Source of the DNA: Podarcis filfolensis
Taxonomy: Eukaryota
NCBI GenBank assembly: GCA_964270895.1
Contig: OZ185437.1
Length of the DNA: 64,000 nucleotides
Direction: 5' to 3' (one strand)
Shown here: positions 12,872 to 22,940 of the stretch, in pieces
Layout: every line of letters begins with the position of its first letter
How positions within the stretch are numbered: the stretch's first letter is position 1
Program-made: the position numbers and the translations under genes
Notes under the pieces: model-generated
Databases searched by the model: none
What the model was told of the DNA's origin: nothing
What the model saw: the letters and a program-made list of their open reading frames with translations, nothing else

Positions 12872-15215
12872 TCTATAATTGTTCCCTGACAGCATTTCCA
12901 CTCTGGGAATAAAATACAGAGTGGAGAATTACTATTAAGGACAACAACTTGTACAAGTTTATGAATAAATAATTTATCAAATCATCTTCCTTTATAACAA
13001 TGCCACAATGTATAATTTGTTTTTTGGGGATGTTAGCAATCTGTAACTTAGATTTTGGTTTTAAAATTTTTCTTTCTAAATAAACACCCAATGGAGGGGA
13101 GAGAGATCGTGCATATATCTCTGTACAGTCTATACTTCGGTTTCCTCATTTATGATTTGTATTTTACTAAATTATTATGCTATATGTCCTGGTATATTAA
13201 TACTAGTAAAAAATGATGCATGTCATTTAGGAGGCTTGCACACTACTCTCTCTTAATTCAGCCAGAGCTGAGGAGTGGAAGCTGACACAGCAGAACATCA
13301 AAATGCATTGCTGATGCCAGAGAAGAGAGCGAATGCTAGCTTGGCTTGCCTCCTGGGCCAAAACTCCCAATTTACTAACAAAGCAAAAATGTAAAAAGGA
13401 AGAGACTGTGAGTGCATGATTCTATGGCCAGCTCTCAAGCCCTAATATTATATGTTCACCAGGTGCTTTAGTAGCCACAGAAACACCCTGATGCAAGCCC
13501 TGATTATTCTGTGGACTAACTATCCAAAATAGTAAACACTACCCCCACTCCCAATTGTCTTGGGAGTGCGAGCAGTCTGTAATGGAAGAGGATGTTGTTA
13601 AATCTTAGGAAACTATAAACTAAGACCCATTCCCATGCAGCCAAATCAAAGAGTAAATAGCAAACACTTATACGCCTTACCCAACCAGTTTTGTTTAATA
13701 TTCAAAGGAATAGACAGCTCATTTGAGAGGAACCTTTTGAGTCTGTTCTGGTTTTGCTGTTATTTTAACCCACTCTAACAAAGGGATTATGCATTAGTGA
13801 AATTGACATGATCGCCCTTTTAAAATCTCTCATGTTTAAAAAGGTTTCACTTCTCTCCAGAGTCAAATGTTCTACAGCAGCTTGTTTTGTTTTGTTTTGT
13901 TTTTTGAGATTCATGAATGACATTTATTGGCCTTGGCAGTACAACAATTTAATTGACAAAGTTACACCTAATGCACAAAACGGTTACTTAGCAGTTTTAC
14001 AAATTTCAGAACGTCGTCACAGCAATACAAGGGAAACATTTCATTTGTTCACTTAACTGTAGCTGTATTTTTCAATTCTCTGACACTATGAAGAGCAAGA
14101 TGAACTTCATATAATGGTGTGTAGTATGCCTACATTTTATATGCCTGTCTAAAAGTCATTCCTTACTTGCATAGATGTGGGTTTGTTTGTTTTTACTTTT
14201 TTATTGATTGTGTTTATTGTCATTAGTGCTTGTATTTCTACTGTGTCTGAAAGTCACTTTAGGTCATTTCCATGAGTAAGGTGGCTGATAAATAATAGTA
14301 ATAGTAATAGTAGTAGTAATAATAGTAATTATATTCTTACCATGGACAGAAACTGTTTTTACAAAGTTGGTAACTCTAGAGAGTTTCAGGTAGTGTTTGT
14401 GGGACAAACATGGACATAGGGGCTTGAAGAAGAAGTGTTAGCTATGTAAGGGGGGCAACTTATTTTGTTGATCATCAAAACACAGTCATACGCCTCTGTA
14501 TCTCCTTTGATGTCAGATATTTCAGATAATTCAACAGAAACAAAACTTGAATTACCAAGTTTTTCTCAGTAATCTTTTGCAAATAGTAAAAGAAAGCAAA
14601 GAGACTTGGCCTACTACTTTCTATCATCCTGCCAATAGCTCTTTGGGGTATAGTTACTGGTTTTTCTTAGGTGACTTTTCAAATATTCTTTTGCTGCTGT
14701 ATATGACATTTTGAGGTGAGTTCTCGGTCAGCGGGGAACACAAAGGCAGGGAAAGATGACCAGTTGCTAGGGTTGCCAGCTTTTCTGTGGCACAGCTCCT
14801 GTGCCTTTACCAGTTGCATCTCATGCGGAAATTGAGCAGGTGATGCTTTTTCTGACGCACAATTGAAATTATAGGAAAAATAATACCGGCTCAATTTCTG
14901 CCTCTGATCCAGCTTTTAAAGATGTGAGCACCTTGTTGGGAGGAAAAAAGGTTGGCCGCCTCTGAGTGGTTGGTTGCTTATATAAAGCTTAATGCTACTT
15001 CAGCCATGCTGTAATCATATTCAGAGCGCTCACCCGAAAAGGCTCCAGAATTGGCCCTGACGGTTTAGTTTTACAAATCAGATTGGTATCATAAAGTTTA
15101 GGAGCGTAGAATGTGCAGATCTGTGAAATGGTGAATTAAGATACATAGAATTACAGTCCATGTTGCCTTGTGATAATGATAATAAGGGAATTCAGTTTCC
15201 AGGCTTCTCAGTCTC

Positions 15216-15314
15216 TCTGTCCCCAACATATAGCAGCAGTTCATGAGCAGCAACAGGTTCTGTCTTACCAATCAAATAGAACAGGTAAGCACCAGGCTTC
15301 TCCACAAGGGAAGA
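15216..15314 (+). repeat. 99-bp exact direct repeat, left copy (right copy 15566-15664), flanking a SINE
   Basis: Base-by-base identity at an offset of 350 bp. Confidence 0.95.
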
Positions 15315-15567
15315 GAGCCAGTGTGGTGTAGTGGTTAAGAGCGGTAATCTCGTAATCTGGTGAACCGGGTTCGCGTCCCCGCTCCTCCACATGCAGCTGC
15401 TGGGTGACCTTGGGCTAGTCACACTTCTTTGAAGTCTCTCAGCCCCACTCACCTCACAGAGTGCTTGTTGTGGAGGAGGAAGGGAAAGGAGAATGTTAGC
15501 CGCTTTGAGACTCCTTAAGGGGAGTGAAAGGCGGGATATCAAATCCAAACTCTTCTTCTTCTTCTTC
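15313..15567 (+). mobile_element. Full-length young tRNA-derived SINE (Squam3-like) with (CTT)n tail
   Basis: A-box TGGTGTAGTGGTT (~15324-15336), B-box GGTTCGCGTCC (15368-15378), MIR/L2-like core gctgggtgaccttgggctagtcac, tail ctcttcttcttcttc. CpGs retained. Highly similar to 63759-63962. Confidence 0.9.
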
Positions 15568-15760
15568 TGTCCCCAACATATAGCAGCAGTTCATGAGCAG
15601 CAACAGGTTCTGTCTTACCAATCAAATAGAACAGGTAAGCACCAGGCTTCTCCACAAGGGAAGATAGCATTCCCTACGTACAGGAATCTACACATATCAG
15701 CTTGGCTTTACTGCCCAAGCCTCTGCCTTTGTGCCTATTCCTATCTACCTATTTGAGGAA

Positions 15761-15947
15761 GGGTCATAGCTCAATGGTAGAGCACCTGCTTGGTATGCAG
15801 AAGGCCCCAAATTCAATCCTCGGCATCTCAAGATAGGCTAGAAAGACTGAAATCCTATTTGAAATCTGTAAGCCACTTCCAGTCAGTGTAGACAGTAGTG
15901 TACTAGATACAACTATGGTGTCACTCAACATGAGGCAGCTTCCTATG
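15761..15947 (+). mobile_element. tRNA-Ala-derived SINE (Squam2-like), near full length, diverged
   Basis: Head gggtcatagctcaatggtagagcacc...tatgcagaagg..aattcaatcc; body ccagtcagtgtagaca; end aggcagcttcctatg. Confidence 0.8.
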
Positions 15948-16291
15948 CCCTCTCACCCCTTGGGCAAGCCCATGGAGTCTGGTCTTACTTGCACCAGCAG
16001 TGTGGAGAAGGTAAAAAGTGGCAAATATGTCCAGTATTTCGTTTCTTTTTATGAACCATTTCTCTTCCAAGCCCCCTATGTTTGCTAGAAGCCAGAAAGG
16101 AATGGTGGGGTCTTCTCTCCTTTGCAGAGGTGCTAGCAATGGAAAGTTGCAGCGCGTGTCTCTCTCATTTTCTGCCATTCTCCAAGGCAGGGGAGATTCT
16201 GGTGGAATCTACACACATATAAAAAAACGCTGTGAAATTGCTTTTTTAAAAAAACATTTTGAAAAATACATTGAATTTTGCATAGCTCAGT

Positions 16292-16309
16292 TTCGCCATC
16301 TAGTGTCAC
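16292..16309 (-). promoter_or_regulatory. Candidate CTCF motif
   Basis: Minus strand reads TGTGACACTAGATGGCGAAA, matching the core CCACTAGATGGCGC except at the first and last positions. Motif match only. Confidence 0.35.
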
Positions 16310-19300
16310 ATTTGTATATTGCATTTTGCAACACATTTAAAACGGTTTATTTGCAGCTGTGTAGATGAGTCTTCTGTCTTCTCCTTGTGGGCCTCTAGGA
16401 AGCACAATAGGTTTCAAAGGGGGACAGGGTCTTGTCCTACTTGCAGGAAGATTTGAAGGGCTGGTACTTGTCTCTGTTGCCAACACTTCCTGCTCACTAA
16501 GTACTTTTTTTGCCTTTCCCTTTAACCTTCCATGCTTGCTAAAGAGAAAGGCAGAGTTTCCCCATCTGCAGAAAGCTTTGGAGGGGGAAAGAAACAGGTG
16601 TTTCTCAAGCTGATTCTATCTTTCTCCAAAGCAGAAATGATTATGTTGTTGGACTCCATCTCCCCATCATCCCTGGCCACTGGCCATGCCAGCTGGGAAT
16701 TGTGGTACCTGGAGTTCTAAAGCTTCCGGCAAGTCAGACAAGAACCCGCCTCTTCCTCCACCCATCTAGCAAGCAAAGGTGGGGCCTTGCCTTACTTGTG
16801 GACACTTGGCTAAAAACAGAAACTGTCGATTAAATACCAGTTGTTTCTTTTCATAGCCAAACTATTGCACAAGCCTATCTGAGACTGCTATGAGTCTGTC
16901 TTCTCCAGTTATTTACATGCAGCAGGGAGGCAGGTAGATTTGTCAGTGCCTGCCTGTGAAGCAGACTGTTCTTTATTTCATTTAAGTTTTAATTTGTATA
17001 CCTCCTTTCTATATTACTATACACAAGGCAGTTTACAAGCTGAAGAAACAACAAAATAGCAAAGACCACACACGTAATAACAATCTGATCCAATACAAAA
17101 AGTCACAATAACTTTAAAATAAACAGCTTATATCAAATAAAGCAATCTGCAATATTCTTCATTCATTGCGATCCTTGGTAGATTTACTGTGATATTGAGC
17201 AACACAATTGTTTTTTTCTGGTTTGGAAGAAATTTTAGCTTCGAAGAAAAGATAAATCCACCAGATTATAGACATTAATTGGGTCTCAATCCTGAACACC
17301 TTTAATGATAAGTAATTTTTGCTGAATTCTATAGTTGCAATCTTGCAAAGTAATGAGCTGCTCAGTAGGACTTCAGCAACATAATTCAATGCAGGATAAC
17401 AGCCAAAGGACTTACTTCACATAAGGTATTAGCACCATGAGGATAATTCCTATTCCCTCTTTTTCAGAGCTTTTAATTTCTTATGTTACTATTAAGTAAC
17501 TTAAACCTTTAAGACATAGGTTACCCATGAATAAATGTATTGCACTAATTTAAATTACCACAAATAATCAAATCATTAAAACCATGTTAAAATAATTAAA
17601 CTATGTTTAATATGTGTCTAAAACGATAGACATTTCCTTGTATTAGAGGAGACTATGACAAATAATTACAGTATTTTCGCCCTTGTTAGTCGTAAAAGTG
17701 TTGTTTACCTGCAACATCTGTTGCTTAATTCACATTGCCAGTTAGAATTTTCTTTTAATTTGTAAATGTTTAAAATCTGTTCCTTTATTGAAGTAATACT
17801 TTTTATCCCATCATTCATCCACAGTTGTCACATTCATGAAAAATACTGTATTTTTGATTATTGCATTATGAAAATATGAGTTTTATACATGTCTAGTTTA
17901 TGGTCTTACAGATGAAACAATTTACATTCTCCTCTTTCCATTTCATGTGTTCTCATCATAAAATATTGATGTGAACGCATCATAAATGGAAAGGTATCTT
18001 TTTTTCCTCCATCAGATGTTTCAGTATTAAGAAATGATGGATGCATTTACAGGGCAATTCAGTTAGTCTGCTCCCGCTTTGTCAACTAATTTTTGTTGTT
18101 GTTGGCTGCAGGGCTTTATTTCTTGGTAAAACTTCTTATAAATCGAACTCTGGCTGATGTTTATTTTCTGAGCTGCTGTAGACTGTCACCACTTCTATAT
18201 AGATTAGGGACCCTGCAGAGCCCTGTCTTCTCCACTATCCTCTGACGCAAACGCATGGAGCAGAAATAACTTTTAAGGTGTACACAAATCTTCTATTCCC
18301 TACTGTCATTGGCATGAAATAGAGGAAACATAGTTCTGTGGAACTTGCAAGTGTAGTTGCTGGACTGACACTTCAACAGTTTCTTTATATATTGTCACTG
18401 CCACTTCTGTAAGAGTGTAAGAACTATGAGAATTGTGTAGTCTATCCAAGGAAGACAGTGTCTATTCATGGAAGACATAACTGTCAACCACTGTACCTGG
18501 ACAAAGTCACTGAAAAAGAAAAGTATTTGCAGGGGGCATTTATGAGCTGCTCCTATTATCTTCTATGGCAGAGCTACAATTTTGGAAATTAATTCAAATC
18601 CAGAATTATTATTTACTAATTTATTAATTTCCTTTTTCAAATTACAATTTCCACAATTAGTTATATTTGTAAAGATGAGAAGTGCTTAAAAAAATTCTTT
18701 AGAGGTCATTGATAATGGTGTTTCTAAGGATGTATTCAAATAATAACAAACTATCCTTGTGGATTTACCCCCCTTATCCCCAGATAGTGGTGGACTCAAA
18801 TTATTGAGATGTGTTGATTGATTACAGCCGTTAAGTTTCTTAGTAATCAGTTTCATCGCTTATTCTCAATTCACACTTGTACCTTTGATTTCTCTTCCAC
18901 AACAGGGTGATGTAGGTTGTCGTTGACTAATGAAGAACAGAATTGGTTTCGGCATGAGACAAACGGAATGCCGACACCAATCCTGAAATGCATTAATCTT
19001 TAATAACCCACATCTGCATGTTTATAAATGATATAACCAGGAGTTATTAATGCTGTTACTCCCCCTTGCAAACAGAAACTGACATAAGAGCTGGATGTTT
19101 CCAAACCACATTAAAGGCATGTGGCTAAGTGTTGTGTGTGACCTTGTGGAGGATTCTGAATTGATAAAGGGTTCATGTGGATTAAAGATGCATGGAGAAT
19201 TGCAACACTCAAATACCACAGCTAGTATTCTAGATTTAGCATTCTTTATGTATGTTCAGATTTGTCAGGAGAGGCTTTGTCTCCTCTGTTACTTAACTTT

Positions 19301-19315
19301 CTATGGTACTTGAAA

Positions 19316-19870
19316 ATGAATGGATGAATCTTTACTTGCGCCAACCATCGGCCATAGCAATAAAACAACAATACAATATACAAAAAAAAAAAAGAAGAAG
19401 TCAATTATATAAAATACATTTTAGGCTTTGAATCAATAGTCAAATAGTGGAACTTATTCTAATTGCCCCAGCTAAAAACCTTTCAACCTTTGCTGTCACC
19501 TGCTCATCTTGATCTGCCAAGAGAAAGGACACTGTGGCAGTGGCTGGGCGACCTGGAATGGACAATAAAAAGGGGGTGATAACCCCATTCCTCAAGTCTT
19601 TATAAAGAGTGCAAGCCAGAAGGGCATGCACCACCGATTCGGTACTGCCATCTCCACAGGGACATAAGCATTTTTCGTGTGGAATCTGTTGGAATCGTCC
19701 CTCAAGTATAGCCGAGGGCAATACATTCAATCTTACGAGAGTAAAATTTTCTATGGTTCTTGAGATGTTCCAGCCTGCGGGTTTCTCCTCTCTCCATTCA
19801 GATTCACTTATTTCTTGGTTTGAGCTAAACTGGCAAACCATGTTTTGGCTTGCCCTCTCAATTTCAGCTT
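19316..19870 (-). mobile_element. Non-LTR retrotransposon 3' fragment (RTE-X-like): ORF2 C-terminal CCHC knuckle, 3'UTR and tail
   Basis: ORF 19440-19883 contains FTLVRLNVLPSAILEGRF..IPHEKCLCPCGDGSTESVVHALLACTLY (C-x-C-x7-H-x4-C). The minus strand ends ...GTAAAGATTCATCCATTCATT, a short-repeat tail. Confidence 0.75.
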
Positions 19871-20403
19871 GGAGGGTATGCACAACCCTATTTCCCAGTT
19901 CAGATGTAGCAACAGACTGTGGATCACCTTAAAACAGGAAGTAAGTGAATTAAAAGTAAATGAATCCCCCAAGTGAGGATGATGGAAGGGAAGGACAGGA
20001 ATCTGAGGCTCACTCATGTAACATCAAGCCTCTGCTAGTTTACTAGGAGTAAATATTTACTGTGATTTTCTCAGAGCCATTTTCCATGTCATACAGCAGT
20101 TAAGTTATACCTGTTTCTACAGTGCTAACATATGTGTCTCCAAGCACACAGTGGAAATCTGCCGCAAACTGTGGCCAGTCATGATTCTCCAGCATGTGGC
20201 TAGTGCACATTCCTAACTCAAGGTGTAAATCTCCCTTTCACACCTTATGCAACAGAAGGAAAACATAAAAGCTGCCAGACAATGGCGGCAAACAGGAATG
20301 TGCGTACATTTGAGGAAAGGTGAAAAGAAACAAGTACACAGGGTGGACAGACAGGTCGCACAAATCGTTTTAACACTAAAAATTGATGTAATAATAAAAG
20401 TAA

Positions 20404-20520
20404 ACATAAGAGCATAGTAAGGATCCTGCTGGATCAGACCAAAGGCCTATGCAGTTTCCCACTGTGTCCAATCAGATGCTTCCTGGAAATCCCACTCCCC
20501 ACCTCTGCTCTTAAGCTATT
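20404..20520 (-). mobile_element. Old L2/CR1-type retroelement 3' fragment
   Basis: acataaga..cata...ctgctggatcagaccaaagg is the reverse complement of a common squamate retroelement tail. Diverged. Confidence 0.45.
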
Positions 20521-20996
20521 GTCTCTGAGCAGGCAACAATATTCAACAAAACAGCTAGTGCAAAATAAAACAATTAGTGTTTTGGTCTGGTCTGATGCTG
20601 GACACCACAGAGAATGAGGCAAGGCTGGGCTGGAGAAAAAGCAAGGCAAGGCTTTGGAGAACTGCAACTTCTTCTTAGGCATTGCAAGGCCAAGGCAGTT
20701 ACCACCACCTACCCGCAACAGCATTATCACACTTCACTCAAAGCTAACAAAGGTTGGGAACAGACAGGCCTTTTGAGCCTCTTGTCTCCAGACCACCATC
20801 TCCAGACTCCATCCCTGTCTAGAGAATGCCAGACCTTTAAAGGGCCAACCCTCTGGCCTGAAGACAGGGACTCCTCCATTCCATAGAACTCTTTCCCGGT
20901 GCACTCCCTGCAGTGCCAGACCGATGATGTGTGATGGGAGGCATTTAGTTCTTCAGGCACAGGGCACAGGGCCTAAGAGAGTCCAGGCTCTGGCCC

Positions 20997-22110
20997 AGGG
21001 GGGCCGCTAGGGGGCGCATCAGAAGATCTCTCCGGCTCACACGAGGTAATTAAGAGGCTGTTATGGGAGTATGCAGCCTCCCTCGTTACCCCAAAGGAAT
21101 GGTGAACGCTGCCTTGCCTGCTGTGCCCATAATTCACCCCCAGATTCGAAAGGGGGTGAGGACACTAGGCACAAAAGCCCTCGTGTGGGTCGGCTCTCCT
21201 GGACGCTGTCTCTGATCTGCGCAGCTAGTTGCGGGAGCTCAAAATAAACAATCAGAACAGAAGCAAACGCACATACTTCAAGCGATGATCGGGAGTAAGG
21301 ACTGCTAACTAAAGGGATCTCTGGGAAGAGGAGCGACGGGCTGGAGTTAACAATAAATCAAGAAGAAGAATAAATCAAGAAGAAGATTCATCAAAGGATC
21401 GGTATGTCGGAGCGAGACTGAAAAGGAGGGGGGGAAAAACTTTTCTTTTTTTGTCTTATATGAGTACCCAATAATCCCCCCCCCCCAAAAAAAAGAATCG
21501 TTGCAATTACTGATCACAAGCAGGAGGAATAAGAACTGTGTGGAAAATAATTACTATGCAAGGACGTGGCTTATGGGAGCATCGGGAAACGAAAGTAAGT
21601 CCTTTGTGATGCAGTCATAAAAAGAGATTTATCATGGCAGGCCCGCCCGCAGGAATCCAGGGGAAGTAGGACTATGGTTGTTACTATGTTGGAGTGTGGG
21701 CTCGGCCTAGCAGGGCCCCCTGAGAAAATTTATGAGGGAGCGGTGGGCCTGGGGAGATCAGGACAGACTGTCGGAATGTTTTGTACAGAGGTGTTGAAAT
21801 GGCATTGGTCTACTTTTATGGCTCTTGGATGAGTGTAAAATCCACACAGGACATAACAACGTTTGTCTTCAACCCGCTTGTGGAGATTATCAGAGATCAA
21901 AAAGAAAGGAGATAACAACAAGAAGATGAGGAAAACAACAAAGAGAAGATTGTTGTAATTAAAGCAGCAGCAAGAGAGACGATCGGATCCCTTTCGGAGC
22001 TTGAAGCATGGGTACCCCCAACAAAAAATTTTAAAATTTGGCTGTGTAATTTGGAATTATTGTTATTTGGAATTAATGTGATGTGATTGGCCTGTTAATA
22101 AAAATTATTA

Positions 22111-22153
<43 letters not shown>
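20997..22153 (+). mobile_element. 1.16-kb non-coding, CpG-rich retro-insertion (probable non-autonomous L1-type element) with 21-bp TSD and (GA)n tail
   Basis: TSD AGAGAGTCCAGGCTCTGGCCC at 20976-20996 and 22154-22174. AATAAA at 22097-22102 then a GA run from 22113. About 20 CpG in the first ~420 bp by hand count. No long ORF. Confidence 0.85.
21001..21019 (+). promoter_or_regulatory. Near-consensus CTCF motif at the 5' tip of the inserted element
   Basis: GGGCCGCTAGGGGGCGCAT versus consensus TGGCCACCAGGGGGCGCTA; the core CCGCTAGGGGGCGC fits the degenerate matrix. Confidence 0.6.
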
Positions 22154-22161
<8 letters not shown>

Positions 22162-22304
22162 CAGGCTCTGGCCCTATATGTCCTGATGCTCTGGGATGTT
22201 TCTCTGGGTGTTCCTAATTCCTGAACCTGAGAACCAACAAGCTACAGCATCTGCATCTTATCAGGATGAGCCCTGATCCAATCCATACCAGTGTGACCAG
22301 TGTT

Positions 22305-22940
22305 CAGGTCAGAACTTGCTCAACCTCCCCTGACGGATGACCTGGAGAAACAAAGCTGAGTGACATCTGCATACTGATGGCACCCAGCTTCAAATTTCCT
22401 GATATCCAGCAGCTTAATGTAGATGTTGTAAAGCAGAAGGGACAGGATATAATTCTGAGGGACCCCATGGGCCAGTTGTCACGGAACCAAGCTGTAGTAA
22501 TCAAGCACCACCCTCAGCAACCAGCCCTCTAGATTAGTAGAACAGCACCATAACCCTGTGGCTCCATGCCAAACCCATGGAGCCAGTCCAGTCACTGTAT
22601 TAAAAGCCAGTGAGAGATCCAATACAAGGTCACAGTCCCATGTTTTCCCCAGAAGGTCATCCTTCAGAGCAACCAGTGTCATTTCCACCCTCAACTGGGA
22701 CCTTAAACCAGACTGAAATGGATCTAGATCAGGCTTCCTCAACCTCGGCCCTCCAGATGTTTTTGGCCTACAACTCCTATGATCCCTAGCTAGCAGGACC
22801 AGTGGTCAGGGATGATGGGAATTGTAGTCTCAAAACTTCTGGAGGGCCGAGGTTGAGGAAGCCTGGTATAGATTATAGAATGTCTGGAACAACCTGGCCC
22901 CCACTCTCTTGAGCACCTTACCCATAGCCACCATGATTAA
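22305..22940 (-). mobile_element. L2 LINE reverse-transcriptase fragment, interrupted by a MITE
   Basis: Minus-strand translation GKVLKRV.ARLFQTF..[MITE]..LDPFQSGLRSQLRVEMTLVALKDDL..DLVLDLSLAFNTV, then GSLRIISCPFCFTTSTLS (decayed PQGSILSP..FNIY), resembles L2/CR1-clade RT motifs. Confidence 0.8.
22730..22865. mobile_element. 136-bp palindromic hAT-type MITE, young, nested in L2
   Basis: Perfect 28-bp TIR caggcttcctcaacctcggccctccaga. 8-bp TSD atctagat / gtatagat (6/8). Confidence 0.92.

Noticed and set aside
15761-15832. tRNA-Ala-like gene (also at 9545 and the head at 15313)
   Set aside because: Cloverleaf pairing is broken, there is no Pol III T-run terminator, and the sequence continues into a SINE body.
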